DNA of 64,000 bases from an uncultured delta proteobacterium (GTDB lineage: Bacteria; Desulfobacterota; Desulfobacteria; Desulfobacterales; JAHEIW01). Where the stretch lies: assembly GCA_963706575.1 (NCBI GenBank), contig CAVPNL010000004.1:224001-288000 (forward strand). The letters run 5' to 3'. The translations under genes and the position numbers were made by a program. Positions 50,127 to 62,385 of the stretch are shown one piece after another. Each line of letters opens with the position of its first letter. Within the stretch, counting starts at the first letter, position 1. Below the pieces are notes generated by a model, which was given only the letters and a program-made list of their open reading frames with translations, searched no databases and had not been told where the DNA came from.

Positions 50127-50783
50127 ATGGCCGAAAAACCAACATACACAGAATTGGAGCGTAAGGTCACCCAATTAGAGAGAGAAATCCTGGAATATGT
50201 GCGCAAAGAAAAGGAGTTTACCAGGGATCAAAAATTGGTTGGATACAGCCACCTTAAGCGCACAATAAGCCTGATGAAGATTAATGAGGAATTGAACAGA
50301 GAGATTAAAGGTCTAAAACATGCTGACAAAGAAGAACTGGGGTATGTTTTTAATAAGCTTGAAGAGCGTATTAAAGAAATAAATTGTCTCTATGATATCT
50401 CAAGCCTCAAGGCTGGAGAGAATTTTTCTTTGGATGATATTCTCCAAGAAATTGTCGATTTCATTCCTTCGGCAATTCAATACCCTGAAATTGCTTGCGC
50501 TCGTATTATCTTTAATCGTTATGAGTTTACAACAAAAAATTTTAAAGAAACCAAATGGAAACTATCCCAAGAAATCAAAGTGAATAATGAACGGATTGGT
50601 GCTCTGGAAGTGTGTTATCTGGAAGAAAAACCAGAGCTTGAGGAGGGACTGTTCATTAAGGAGACAAAAAATTTAATTACCTCTATCGCTGAAAGCATTG
50701 CACAAATTGTCGAGCGTGATTGGGCGGAAATAGAAATAAGAAAATGCCGGAAGAAAATTGAAGAAATCCTCAAACAAAATTAA
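50127..50783 (+). CDS. Coiled-coil plus GAF-like sensor module with no output domain
   Basis: KPTYTELE leader; ERIKEINCLY...QYPEIACARI. Confidence 0.7.
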   Translation: MAEKPTYTELERKVTQLEREILEYVRKEKEFTRDQKLVGYSHLKRTISLMKINEELNREIKGLKHADKEELGYVFNKLEERIKEINCLYDISSLKAGENFSLDDILQEIVDFIPSAIQYPEIACARIIFNRYEFTTKNFKETKWKLSQEIKVNNERIGALEVCYLEEKPELEEGLFIKETKNLITSIAESIAQIVERDWAEIEIRKCRKKIEEILKQN

Positions 50784-50952
50784 TGACTTCTAACTTTTAC
50801 CAGTTTCTCATTTGAAATGTGGACTGCCCCTAAAACCTAATCTACCATACCATGACCGCAACTACTCAGTGATCATCGGTTCATTTTTTCCATAAAAACA
50901 AAAGGCACCCCTCTCAAATGGAAGGATGCCCTTTTTTACTTGGAATTGAAAG

Positions 50953-51153
50953 TTATATCACAGTGACATTTGCAGCGGCAGGACCTTTTTGTCCTTGCTC
51001 TATGTCAAAGGAAACTTGGTCGCCCTCATTGAGGGATTTAAAACCGGCTGCATTGATTGCTGAATGATGAACAAACACATCCGGTCCGTCTTCCTGCTCG
51101 ATGAACCCGAATCCTTTATGGTCATTAAACCACTTAACAGTTCCATTAGTCAT
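50953..51153 (-). CDS. cspA: Cold-shock protein
   Basis: GTVKWFN..KGFGFI, DVFVH. Confidence 0.95.
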   Translation of the reverse strand: MTNGTVKWFNDHKGFGFIEQEDGPDVFVHHSAINAAGFKSLNEGDQVSFDIEQGQKGPAAANVTVI

Positions 51154-51715
51154 AATAACATTCTCCTTTCTTAAAATTTTCAACGTCGCAAACTGGAGGA
51201 TGCCACTCTGACAAATGGGTTGTTCCCTCAGAAAGAAACCGTCCCGACTATATAGGTCGGGACTTAATTGATTGGGTGGAACATAATCCTTCTTTAGGCC
51301 AATAGCAAGCTAATTATTGATCTTTTTAAGCGGAATACTCAGATTAGGTTATTTCAAAACCTTGATATGTTGGAGCTGTCAAAGGTTTTAGAACTGCAAA
51401 GAAACCTTTGTTATACGGTAATTTATTCTTACTTTATCCCAGCCTTTTGCATAGCGGCCTTGTTACGCTCACAACTATCCGGAGGATATGGACACCTATT
51501 AAAGGATTTCTCAAGAGAGTACTAAGGAAAGGTTGCTCTGATGCCACGCAAAAAAAGATATTATCTTCACAGAGAAAAAGGGGGCATCCTATATTGGGGA
51601 TGTCCCCCTTCTTTCCATAAAAAATAAAGGCGGCTAAAATTATTTTTAGCCGCCTCTTATTTTTCTATAACTTATTCGTTCTTTGTTTCAGATTAAAAAT
51701 CAGCTCGGATTAGCA

Positions 51716-53357
51716 TTAGTCTAACATAGTGGAAATGGCGATGAGTTCACCATTGGGTGTTACAATATACAAAAAGCCATCATTACTTAACGCGAGATGA
51801 CCGCTGGCCGGATAATCCCATACATCGGTTCTGGTCTCCAGATCAACGGCATAGGTTGTAGATTCAGTGCTCACAAAAATAAGATTATCTGTCACAATCA
51901 TGGGCGCAACAATACTTTCATCCTTCAGTGGCGGTTGCCACGGTAGCCAACCCTCATAGAAGAACCGTCGCTCTCATCGAGTGCATGCAGAAATCCCTTA
52001 TTAACGGCGTAAATGATTCCATTCGCCAAAGAGGGCTGTCCGCTAAACTTTTTCCTCAGGTCTCTTCTTCATCTCCTTCAACTTTTCACATCTTGCGGGA
52101 TTTCCCAGCCGATTTTCTGCTTATGCCGGATTAAGCAAAACTGATAAGGCGACCACCATTAATCACAATAACGTTATTCAGGCTGCCCAGTACAGGGGCC
52201 AAATCCATGCTGAATTGGTCGAGTTCTTTCCAAACATAATTCGGATCAGGAATACTAAATTCCAACTCACCGACTTCCAAGATCGAAGACTGTACAGTGA
52301 ATCGAAGACCAATTTAGAATTGTAAGGTCCGGTGTAAGCAATGACATGATTCTGATTGACCGCCGGCGTCCATTGTTCGTAAGGAGGCAAAGGCACCCAA
52401 GGCGGATCCCACAATTCTTCTCCAGTGGCACCATTAAAACCATAGACACCCCCAAACCAAGAAACAGAGGAGCCTTCTCGACACGATGGCTGCCACCCAT
52501 ATATATACCAGCATTTACCTCATCATTTACAACTTCCTCATAAATGGTTGGCGCATAAAACCGAAACGATTGGTTTGATAAGATCGGTATCAAAGATCGA
52601 CGTCGCTCCGGGTTAAGTTGTCCAGCACCAAATGCCCATAAAATGGATTTGATCGGCCACACCGGATTGAATATAAACGGTACTGCTAGCGTAGGCCGGC
52701 GGATTTATGGAATAAATATCACCAAAATCATAGCTCCTGATCAGTCCACACGGTCGTCTCCGTTGCGCTATCCAACGCCATTACCAGGTGTGGTCCAGAC
52801 TCCCAGCCGTAGTGACAAAGACTTTTCCATCACCGGCTGCGACCGGATTTAGCGGAATGGATTCAGTTCGAGCTCAGCGACTTCAGCTATATTTTTAGTC
52901 CAGCTATGGGAAAATTCATTCGTGTTCAAAAAGACCGGAACATGACCGGTATGATCTGCCCTGCCCTGATACGTCGACCATGGTACGCTCCGACTTCTCT
53001 GAACGCGGCGACTCCGGTGGAAGTGGTTCTTGTTTTTCAGCGGCTTTAAAATCTCTCGTCTAATACATTTTGAAAAAATTCAACAGTCATCTCTGTGAGG
53101 GGCGGATTAAAAGTGTGCCTTCTTTTTCGGGCGTGATCGTTAGAATGCCGTAATGAAACTCTTGAAAAACATAGGCTCCATCGGCGTCTGTGATAGCGCA
53201 TTATCGAACCATCACCGTCTTCCCCTTCACCATCCAGATATACGGTGACACCGTCAACTCCTTCCCCATCAGCGGTTGTGATGGTTCCTGAAATTTTACA
53301 GCCCGCAACTGCGACTGTGGATATTAGGATAAAAACGAGAAACAATCGGCGTAGCAT
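51716..53357 (-). pseudogene. Multiply frameshifted lipoprotein with carboxypeptidase-regulatory-like and PQQ-type propeller domains
   Basis: VAGC lipobox, ISGTIT..GVTVYL, WSTYQGRADHTG, EQWTPAV and TYAVDL..VW..P.SGHLAL in different frames. Confidence 0.65.
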
Positions 53358-53550
53358 GTTAATTCCCCCTGTTAATAAAAATTAGTTTATTTTTCTTCCT
53401 GCCCTCAAAGGCCTGTTAGAAGTGCTCTATGTATGATCAGTTTTGTTTTGATTTCGGAAAGGCGGTGGCGGGTATTTATTTCTGAATTAAGAAAGTACTA
53501 AATGGTAGCAGTGCAAATCAGCAAAATCAAGACAAAAATACTCATACTTT

Positions 53551-53594
53551 TCAGCACTTTACAGTATTTTACAGCATTTGACAGCACTTGACAG
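53551..53594. repeat. 10-bp tandem direct repeats (ACAGCA(C/T)TT(T/G)), about 4.5 copies
   Basis: tcagcacttt acagtatttt acagcatttg acagcacttg acag. Confidence 0.75.
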
Positions 53595-53788
53595 TTCAGG
53601 GAGGAATTTCACCTTAAAAAGCATAGCGGATACAGCATTAAAGCACCATTTTACAAAGTAATAAGGGGCGGAGATGGGGGAGAACGCAAACAGCTACCCG
53701 GTTCGGGTTACCTCCGTCCCGCCTGAAGTGGTTTCCTATTTCCAGGCACACCAACAGCATGCTGTGATGCCATCGGCGAGCTGACCCG

Positions 53789-54112
53789 TTATATATTTTC
53801 CTTTATATTTTTATAGATCACCAGAACCCATACGATTATGACACAAAGAACAAGGCTTCCTACGATAATACAACCGATGACTAATAAGATTTTTTCAATT
53901 CTGGATTCAGTTGATTTATTTCCTTGAGCTTCCTGATTGAATTTCCATTTTTTAAATATGTACTCCCCCAAAAAAAAATTAAGGACAGCCGGCACAATCG
54001 CAAAATATGGATTTAAGGATTGGCCAAAAAGTTTGTTAAATTCCTTAATTATATAAAAAAGAATAAATGCAAAGATTAACCATATCATTGCCCTTGCGAT
54101 GAAAGCTGCCAT
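53789..54112 (-). CDS. Small membrane protein, possibly 5'-truncated
   Basis: Three hydrophobic segments; AT-rich. Confidence 0.45.
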   Translation of the reverse strand: MAAFIARAMIWLIFAFILFYIIKEFNKLFGQSLNPYFAIVPAVLNFFLGEYIFKKWKFNQEAQGNKSTESRIEKILLVIGCIIVGSLVLCVIIVWVLVIYKNIKENI

Positions 54113-54340
54113 TGGTAATTATCCCATATACTTCTAAATGTATGGTAATAATTGAATATAGACAACCTCACAATTAAGAACTATTGCTTCGAAAAGATCC
54201 AATAGGATGATAAGCAGAATCAGGAAAGGAAGACCGGAAAAAAACAGCGTGAACCGTGATCTTTAAATATTTATAAATAAAATATTCTGTCCTTCGAATC
54301 AATATTATTGTTGCTGAAAATTGATCATCCTTAGAAAAAT

Positions 54341-54752
54341 AAGGGGACGGTCATGAATATCTTACGGCGCTCTATTCCTCGGCAAATAATATGAACCCAT
54401 CTCAAAAAAGCGTCTAAGTGCCCATGGCTGTGTTGCCCCGCAAGCGGGATTCGCATCTGATTTTTTGGATTAGGGTGCAGCACAGGCCTCCGATAAATGC
54501 TCACATACTAGCCCATCATGTATGCTGAGAACAACGACTTTGCCGATCGGCCTGCGCCTTGATGCATACCTTAATCTTTTAAGATCAGATATGTAATCCC
54601 GCAGCAGCGGGGCCATGAACCCTAATCCACATTTTTGAGATGGGTTCATGATGGAATGCCCCGGGGGCATCTATGCGGGCTTTGCGTCCCTTAGGAAGCC
54701 TAAGACATAACGCTCATCAAAAAGAAATGCATTTTTTCATATCCGTCCCCTT
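54341..54752 (-). mobile_element. Remnant of a RAYT/IS200-like Y1 transposase locus bounded by 10-bp inverted repeats
   Basis: AAGGGGACGG / CCGTCCCCTT; with the MITE removed it reads GRKARIDAPGAFHHIICRGIERRKIF. Confidence 0.8.
54393..54647. mobile_element. 255-bp MITE with an AT target duplication
   Basis: Perfect 16-bp inverted repeat GAACCCATCTCAAAAA; AT at 54391-92 and 54648-49. Confidence 0.9.
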
Positions 54753-54770
54753 TATGTCCTGTTGTTTACT

Positions 54771-55959
54771 CTACTCAGGGCAAGGCCAGGGAACATCTTC
54801 TTCTTCGGTCCATGTAATTATGTAAGGATTCTTATACCAGTCAGGTACTTGGCCCTGACCGTAGCAACGATAATCCCCAAAATATTCGTCAACATGGCTG
54901 ATGGATACATATCTTGTTCCGCTTTCTTTCTGCAATGCCTCGGCATTTATTCCATTCACTTTCTTGACTCATACACATTTTTTTCATCCATTGAGTCTCG
55001 CCTTCGTTAATTTCACTTTGATTATGACAGCAGCCACCACCCAATTCTTCGCAGATCTGTATCTCAGCCTCCAGGGTTAAGCTTATACAATCGTTCTTAC
55101 AGGCCTCATGTTCATATTTAAACCAATCCGGAAAACCGGCGCAGTTTTCTTCGTTGTCTAACACAGCGCACATGAATGCCGTCTGAGATTCATCCTTACT
55201 TAAAGTGGCTTTTGCTTGATTATCATCAGGCTCAAGACTGTCGGATATTTCATTTGAATCAACATAAATTTTGTACTTGATAAACTTCTGGTCTTCCGGC
55301 CAGATATCTCCTTTTTTAACCATAATTTTTGCTTCTACGCCTGTTTTCAGGGCTATCCAAAACCTGGTGGATAGTTGTTCTGTAGATTCCAAAAATGAAC
55401 CCAGTGGACCTAAAAGTTTAACGTACAAACCATAATCAGATGGATCTACCGCCTCAACTGAAATCTCGAACCAACTGCCGAAGTTTGAATCCGGTGCTTT
55501 GATTGTATAAAGGTCTTCATCATCTTCATGATGAAGTATGCTTTCATATTCTACGTCAGGAATTAGAGAAGATGTAACCACTAAAGGAAAAATTTGACCT
55601 GTTGTGAACGCATAGCAAAATGCCCCTGTCGAAGCATATGCGCTTGCTCCAAATCTAATCTGACCCTCTGGTAAATTGTACCCTTCTGCGATCCAAGCAG
55701 TCCGTTGACTGTTGAACTGAAAGACGTCGGTAATCTCATCAATAACAGTATCATCTTCGTAAAGTTGGGCTTCCAGAGAGTCCCTATCAGTTGTACCGCA
55801 ACCGTCGTGCGCTACAACAAGATCATGAGGAGTAGTAACATGAATAGGCTGAAAATCCTTAAAGGGTGGATCATGTATTAGGATGCGACTACAGCCAGAT
55901 AAAAGAATTATAAAAAAGCCGGTGATTAACAAAGCTAAACGGGAGAGATTTTTCTTCAC
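54771..55959 (-). CDS. Exported/lipoprotein hypothetical protein; probable frameshift near 54960-55000
   Basis: LSGC lipobox; DDEDLY and LEPDDN (PPC-like); plausible continuation in ORF 54771-54959. Confidence 0.6.
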
Positions 55960-56533
55960 AATAACCTCCTTTTATCATGTTGCTTCTATTGAACATTCTG
56001 TTTTTTTCTGTTTTTGCTTTTTAAATACCTCACCGTATACGAAATAAGGCTATTGTCAGTTGGCAGGAAGGATGACACAATTAAAAAGACCCTCGAATAC
56101 GAAACAATTACATAATTACTCCCAACAAAACATCCAAGTTTTGTTAAAAGCAAAATAGGCACATTTTAGAGGAATGCCCATCTAATATTTACCTAATTTG
56201 CTTAAAGTTGAAAATGAAACCAGTACCTATTTCATCAAGAGGGGCAAATCAGGTGTTGAGTAGGTCAATCAACAGACGAATGTGAATAGCAGAGTGATTT
56301 GTCGGTGAAATATAATTTGAGATGTGAAATTGAACTTCTGGAAGCGCACAATTATTAAACTAATATTTGAAAACCGAAATAAATGTCAATAATAATCGAT
56401 TTATCCGTCAAATTTCAAAGGGTATTGTCAAGCTTTTATATATTGGAAACACAACTATTGCAATCTTTGGTGTCAAATTGTATAGAAAAAGGGGAGATCC
56501 TTTTACCCCCTTTTCCGTATTGAATTGTAAATT

Positions 56534-57745
56534 CTACATTTTTCTTTTAAGCGCCAACATCGTAATGTCGTCGAATTGATTGTCTTGTTGAAAATCCCTG
56601 AGATATTTATCAATATGGATAAACATCTGCGATAAACTAAGTTGCTGGCAATCACAAACAAGTTTGGTAAACCTGTCCACCCCGAACAATTCATCATAGG
56701 GAGAACAAGCTTCGGTAACGCCGTCGGTGTATAAAACTAAAATCTGTCCAGTTTCCAGCTTGTCCACGTAATCCTTATACGACTGTCCCGGACTAACGCC
56801 CAGAGCCGTTCCATGTTTGCATGAGAGCTCCCTGCAGGAGTCGTTCGGCCCAAATAACAAGGCGGGGTTGTGACCTCCGTTGGAATAGGTCAGCCGGCCG
56901 GTGGGAAGATGGTAAAAAGCTACATAAGCGGAGACAAACATCCCGGTGTCGTTCCCTTCACAGAGAAGGTCGTTTGTTTCTGCCAGTACTTGCGATGGTG
57001 ATTTAAGCTGCTTTACAATGGATCGAAAAATCGTACGGCTGATCATCATAAAAAGAGCGGCTGGAACTCCTTTGTCCGATACATCCGCTATGATCACCGC
57101 CAGGTGGTCATCATCAACAAAAAAATAATCGTAAAAATCACCGCCGACCTCCCGGGCCGGGGTCATCATCGCATAAAGGTCAAACTCGCGGTGTTCGGGG
57201 AACGCCGGAAAAGTGGACGGCAGTATGCTTCTCTGAATCTGGGCGGCGATGTTTAATTCGCTCTCTATTTTTTCTTTGGCCGCGCGAAGTTTATATTCCA
57301 CACGCTGGCGCTCAGCAATCTCCTGTGTTCGCTTTTCAACGAGTTCTTCAAGGTGATTTCTATGGAGTTTGAGATCCAGATGATTCCTGACTCGGGCTTT
57401 AACCAATTCAGGATTAAACGGCTTGGTTATATAGTCAACAGCGCCAAATCCCAGCCCCCTGGCCTCATCTCCTTCTTCCTTTAAAGCAGTAAGGAATATT
57501 ACCGGAATATTTCGCGTTATCTCCATTTCTTTAAGCTTTTGACACACCTCGTAACCATCCATGCCCGGCATCATTATGTCCAGCAGGATGAGATCGGGTG
57601 GGCTCTTCTTAATATCTTCCAGGGCCGATTCTCCATCCGTGGCCACAACAACTTTATAATCGTCAGCGAGAGTTTCAAGGAGAATATCGATATTGGCTTC
57701 CGTATCGTCAACTACCATTACGCGCATACTGGATAGCTCTGACAT
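56534..57745 (-). CDS. Response regulator with SpoIIE/PP2C phosphatase domain (RsbU-like)
   Basis: REC LDIMMP; EVGGDFYD, ADVSDKG, YTDGVTE, DDIT. Confidence 0.93.
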   Translation of the reverse strand: MSELSSMRVMVVDDTEANIDILLETLADDYKVVVATDGESALEDIKKSPPDLILLDIMMPGMDGYEVCQKLKEMEITRNIPVIFLTALKEEGDEARGLGFGAVDYITKPFNPELVKARVRNHLDLKLHRNHLEELVEKRTQEIAERQRVEYKLRAAKEKIESELNIAAQIQRSILPSTFPAFPEHREFDLYAMMTPAREVGGDFYDYFFVDDDHLAVIIADVSDKGVPAALFMMISRTIFRSIVKQLKSPSQVLAETNDLLCEGNDTGMFVSAYVAFYHLPTGRLTYSNGGHNPALLFGPNDSCRELSCKHGTALGVSPGQSYKDYVDKLETGQILVLYTDGVTEACSPYDELFGVDRFTKLVCDCQQLSLSQMFIHIDKYLRDFQQDNQFDDITMLALKRKM

Positions 57746-57755
57746 ACTTTGGCCT

Positions 57756-60700
57756 CTACCTTTCTAATTGCTCCATGATTTGTGACAGCAATTCCTGTCC
57801 TTCCTTGAACTTATACTTCTCGACGTATCGACTTAAATCCTTAAGCCCCTGAACATATTCATCAGGCCAGATATAACCGTCTATTTCCTTCACTATTTCT
57901 TTGCAAGGTTTTGCCTCTCGTTCCAAAACATATGGTCTTAACTTTAAAAGCAGTCTCTGGAGTACTGCCTCATCAGCAACAGGTCCTTTGGATCGATTTT
58001 CTTCTTGTTTAAAATCAACACCGACAGCATTGCTTATCGAGTCCAGGACAATATTCAATTCCTTTTCGAATTGATCTAAAAGATTTTCAAGATCACTCGC
58101 CGACTGTTTTCTTACGGCTGTTTCCATCTCAGAGGCGGTTTTCTCCAGATCAATTGCTCCGATATTACCGGAGACTCCTTTAACTGTATGAACCAAGCGT
58201 TTAGCAAGTTCATGCTCCCCATTATTTAGGGCGCTCTTGATCTGGGAAGTCGCATCAGCATAATCTCGATGAAACTTTGATAAAAGGTCTACATAAAGTG
58301 ACTCGTTGCCACCTGCTCGAACGAGGCCTGTTTGCACCTCAATGCCCGTCATCTCTACCGGAAGCCGTTTAGCTCTTTCCGCAATTTTCTGTCTTTTTTT
58401 AGCAAAAATATCATCCGGTATTGGTCGTTTACCAGGTTTGATCCAAGTTAATAAGGTCGAAAAAAGCTGATCGGGATTAATCGGCTTGGTTATATGGTCA
58501 TTCATTCCGGCTTCAAGGCTCTTTTCCTTATCACCGGCCATAGCATGCGAGGTGATAGCAACAATGGGCAGATCTCTGAATCGTTCGTTTTTTCGGATCT
58601 CCAAAGTGGCTTTGTAACCGTCCATTATTGGCATCTGGACGTCCATGAGCACGGCGTCAAACTCCTTATCCTGAACAACATTTAGCGCTTCTTGTCCATT
58701 GTTGGCGATGGTCACTAAAAAACCAACCCCTTCGAGAAGTTCCTGCGCCAACTGCTGATTGATCTCATTGTCTTCAACCAGAAGGATCCGAGCGCCCTGA
58801 ATCGCTTTTAACCGTAGGATCATCTGGTCCTCTATCGCCGGTGGCCGGATCAGTTCAGAAGTATACCGGTTGACGGTTTGAATAATCGTGTCAAAAAGGT
58901 CAGATTGACTGAATGGCTTGACCAAAAAGCTCTCCAAGCCGACTTGGTCAGCCTGCCGCATGATTTCCGCGCGGTTATCGTCGTCAACCATGATGATCGT
59001 TGGGATTTTTGATTGAGTATCAGAATCCTTTTTGCGCCGCGGTGCCTCGAAACCTTTCATCCCCGCTATCTTCCAATCAATCAGCAAGAGCTCATAAGGC
59101 CGGTCCTTAGAGGCATTCTCCAGTTTCTTTAAGCCCTCCTGACCCGATACCGCCAGCGATATGTCGAAGCTAAAAGATTCAAGCATTTTTTGCATGCTAT
59201 CCAGAGATGCAGCCTCAGCATCCACCACCAAAACCTTCATCGCCTGGAGGATCTTTGTCGATTTAAGAAGTTTATCCTCTTTCTGCGAACTTCGCCCAAA
59301 GACGGCAGTGAAGGTAAACATGCTGCCCTTGCCTACCTCGCTTTCAGCCCGGATATCTCCGTCCATCATATTTACAAGAACTTTGCAGATGACCAAACCC
59401 AATCCGGTACCGCCGTATTTACGGGTTGTGGAAGTGTCCGCCTGAGTGAAAGCTTGAAAAAGTTTATCAATCTGCTTCTCGCTCATGCCGATGCCGGTGT
59501 CCCGTACTGAGAAACGCAGGGTGATCTTTTCATCCGATTTTTCCATCAGCTCGGTTGTTAGCACGACTTCGCCCTTTTCGGTGAATTTAATAGCGTTGTC
59601 ACATAGGTTGACTAGAACTTGGTGGAGTCTTAGAGGATCTCCCACCAGTAAATGTGGTATCCGGGGATCGATATGAAACAGCACCTCGAGATTTTCTTTT
59701 TCCTGGGCTTTGACAATGACCATGGTGGCAAGATCATTTAATGTCTCGGTCAGATCAAAATTCACCTGTTCCATGTTCAGTTTTCCGGATTCGATTTTTG
59801 AAAAATCTAAAATGTCATTGAGAATACGGAGAAGAGATTTAGAGGAATTTTCGATCTTTTTAAGGTAATCTCGTTGCTTAGCTGTTAAATCCGTTTTTAA
59901 GGCCAGATAGGATAACCCGATAATGGCATTCATCGGGGTGCGGATCTCATGACTCATATTGGCAAGAAATTCGCTCTTTGTTTGGGCAGCGGCCTCGGCA
60001 GCTTCCTTTGCGATCTTAAGTTGGCTGGCTTGTTTTTTTTCGGTTATATCATCGATAATGCCTTCGTAATAAAGTATGTTGTTATTTTCATCCCTGATCT
60101 CGTGACTATTCTCTGATACATCGATAATTTCACCATTTTTGCGATAAACCTGCGCCTCAAAACCCCGGACCACTCCCTCATCTTTAAGCAGGTTTTGCAG
60201 TCTTTTCCTGTCAGCAGAGTTTACGTAAAATTGAGTGCTTACGTCCGTTACTTCTTTGATCATTTCTTCAGGCGATGCGTAACCCAAAATTTGAGCAAAA
60301 GCGGGATTGACCGTCATCAGCCGGCCTTTGGCATCTGCTGTTGATCGGTAAATTCCTACTGTGGCATTCTCAAAAATACTGCGGTATTTCTCTTCCGCTT
60401 CTCTTATGGCCACTTGACCGTCGTGAAGCTTAACGGACATTTCATTAAAAGCTGCGCCCATCTTCCCAATTTCGTCTTTAAAGGGTAGATAGACGGTCTC
60501 TCCTAAATAACCTTCTTGTAACTTGTTTATAGCGTTATGAAGCACGGAAACCGGCCGGATGACGAATCTGGAAAGCATAAAATTAAGGAGAACGGACATA
60601 AGAATCAGTGTCGTTAACAAGAGCGTCAGAAAAATGGTAATGGACAGACGGGTTTCCTTGATCAACTCTTGGAAATCATAATATATTTCGATATTAGCGA

Positions 60701-61136
60701 TCTCCTGACCGATTACCTCAATCCCACGGGAATAGATACCCAGCGATCTTCCCTGATATGACTTTGTCACCAATGAAGCCGAACGGACGTTGGCATTTCG
60801 GTTTAGTTCCTTTAAACGTTTGGAAAATGACTCATCGGTGGACAAAAACAACTCACCATCAGGCAGATAGATGCTTATCGCAGCAATTCCCTCAACCTTT
60901 GAAATATCTTGGAGAGTTACCGCCAGGGCTCTCTTTTGTTTAGCGAATATTTCATTGGCTAGGTCTTCATATTTTTGCTGAAAAATCGTGTCCAGCAGCA
61001 ACTCGATCTTTTCCACATGGGAGTCGTGTCGGCGGATTTCAAATGGGTAGAGAATCGTTCCGAAAATAATCGCTATAACGAGACACGTAATAAAGATGGC
61101 TATATTGATTTTGAATCGTAGGCTTCTGTTTTTCAT
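57756..61136 (-). CDS. HAMP-PAS hybrid histidine kinase (REC-REC-Hpt)
   Basis: [17 protein letters not shown], two REC domains, HTVKGVSG. Confidence 0.93.
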   Translation of the reverse strand: MKNRSLRFKINIAIFITCLVIAIIFGTILYPFEIRRHDSHVEKIELLLDTIFQQKYEDLANEIFAKQKRALAVTLQDISKVEGIAAISIYLPDGELFLSTDESFSKRLKELNRNANVRSASLVTKSYQGRSLGIYSRGIEVIGQEIANIEIYYDFQELIKETRLSITIFLTLLLTTLILMSVLLNFMLSRFVIRPVSVLHNAINKLQEGYLGETVYLPFKDEIGKMGAAFNEMSVKLHDGQVAIREAEEKYRSIFENATVGIYRSTADAKGRLMTVNPAFAQILGYASPEEMIKEVTDVSTQFYVNSADRKRLQNLLKDEGVVRGFEAQVYRKNGEIIDVSENSHEIRDENNNILYYEGIIDDITEKKQASQLKIAKEAAEAAAQTKSEFLANMSHEIRTPMNAIIGLSYLALKTDLTAKQRDYLKKIENSSKSLLRILNDILDFSKIESGKLNMEQVNFDLTETLNDLATMVIVKAQEKENLEVLFHIDPRIPHLLVGDPLRLHQVLVNLCDNAIKFTEKGEVVLTTELMEKSDEKITLRFSVRDTGIGMSEKQIDKLFQAFTQADTSTTRKYGGTGLGLVICKVLVNMMDGDIRAESEVGKGSMFTFTAVFGRSSQKEDKLLKSTKILQAMKVLVVDAEAASLDSMQKMLESFSFDISLAVSGQEGLKKLENASKDRPYELLLIDWKIAGMKGFEAPRRKKDSDTQSKIPTIIMVDDDNRAEIMRQADQVGLESFLVKPFSQSDLFDTIIQTVNRYTSELIRPPAIEDQMILRLKAIQGARILLVEDNEINQQLAQELLEGVGFLVTIANNGQEALNVVQDKEFDAVLMDVQMPIMDGYKATLEIRKNERFRDLPIVAITSHAMAGDKEKSLEAGMNDHITKPINPDQLFSTLLTWIKPGKRPIPDDIFAKKRQKIAERAKRLPVEMTGIEVQTGLVRAGGNESLYVDLLSKFHRDYADATSQIKSALNNGEHELAKRLVHTVKGVSGNIGAIDLEKTASEMETAVRKQSASDLENLLDQFEKELNIVLDSISNAVGVDFKQEENRSKGPVADEAVLQRLLLKLRPYVLEREAKPCKEIVKEIDGYIWPDEYVQGLKDLSRYVEKYKFKEGQELLSQIMEQLER

Positions 61137-61200
61137 TTTTCCAACATATTAAAAATATTTTCTTTTTAAGTTGTGGATTGTCTTTTTCCAAAAAATTGAT

Positions 61201-62316
61201 TCAGGGTTCCAGGGTTTTAAGATAATGTGCTTTACCATTTTTTATTTCCATAAAAACAGCACTCTTGACCGGATCGCCATGATTGTTGAAACTAATGGTT
61301 CCAGTTACGCCTTTAAAAGTGCGGGTGTTTGCGATGGCATCCCGAATCTTTTTCCTATCGGTGGATTTTGCTCGCGTGATGGCTGCGGCCAAAAGCATCG
61401 TAGCGTCATATGCAAGCGCGGTGGTGACGATATGACTTTCCGAATGAATATTATATTTTTTGACAAAGGCCCGGGATTGATCCGTATCCAGATAAACGGA
61501 CCAGTGGGTGCTGTAAAAACCATGTTTTAACTCTGAGCCGCCTTTTCTGAAAAAAGCCGGTGAACTCCATCCGTCTCCACCAAGAAAAATTGACGATGTC
61601 CCTGCATTTTGGGCCTCTTTAACGATCAAGCCGCTCTCATCGTGGCCGGGGACAAAAAGAACGTCTGCATTGGCGTTAACGGCTTTTTTAATTTCTTTGT
61701 CAAATTGTTGCTGCTTTAGCTTATATTCTAGTTCAAGCAGCACCTTACCACCCAGTTGCTCAAAGTTTTTACGAAATATTTCGGATAGCTTGAGGCTATA
61801 ATCACTGGTAACATCCACGAAAATGACGGCAGTGGTTATATTTAGATCCCGACGTGCAAATTTGGCGATTATCTTGCCCTGAAAATCATCGGTAAAGCAA
61901 ACCCTGAAGATATAATCTCCGATTTTAGTCACTTCAGGATTTGTTGAGTAACTAGAAATCATAGGAATCTCGGATTCCTGCGCTACTTTGGCGGCCGCAA
62001 TGGAATGGGAACTCCAATCCGATCCCACGATGGCGACAACATTGGCTTCAGCCGCCCGTTTTGCTGCTACAGTAGAACCGATGGGTGTGCTTTGATTATC
62101 GTACACCACAAGGTTTATTTTTCTCCCTAAAACTCCGCCTTGTCTGTTGATCTCACCAACCGCATAACCCACTCCTTGAAGTGCCAATGCATTGGATTCG
62201 GCCGCGGCCCCCGTCACCGCATAAATGGCTGCAATGTCAATGGGCTCCTCCCCATGGGCCGGTGACACTAAAAAGAAAATAATTAGAAAAAACAGAATGT
62301 ATCTGCTCTCTTCCAT
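61201..62316 (-). CDS. LivJ/LivK-like periplasmic binding protein
   Basis: EINRQGGVLG, STNPEVT, FRVCFTDDFQG, GVTG.I.F..GD. Confidence 0.92.
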   Translation of the reverse strand: MEESRYILFFLIIFFLVSPAHGEEPIDIAAIYAVTGAAAESNALALQGVGYAVGEINRQGGVLGRKINLVVYDNQSTPIGSTVAAKRAAEANVVAIVGSDWSSHSIAAAKVAQESEIPMISSYSTNPEVTKIGDYIFRVCFTDDFQGKIIAKFARRDLNITTAVIFVDVTSDYSLKLSEIFRKNFEQLGGKVLLELEYKLKQQQFDKEIKKAVNANADVLFVPGHDESGLIVKEAQNAGTSSIFLGGDGWSSPAFFRKGGSELKHGFYSTHWSVYLDTDQSRAFVKKYNIHSESHIVTTALAYDATMLLAAAITRAKSTDRKKIRDAIANTRTFKGVTGTISFNNHGDPVKSAVFMEIKNGKAHYLKTLEP

Positions 62317-62385
62317 GGGACCTCCTGCTAAATTTCCGATTTGCAGGTTGAAGCTTCTCGTGTCGAAGATCATGAACACCTCTTT

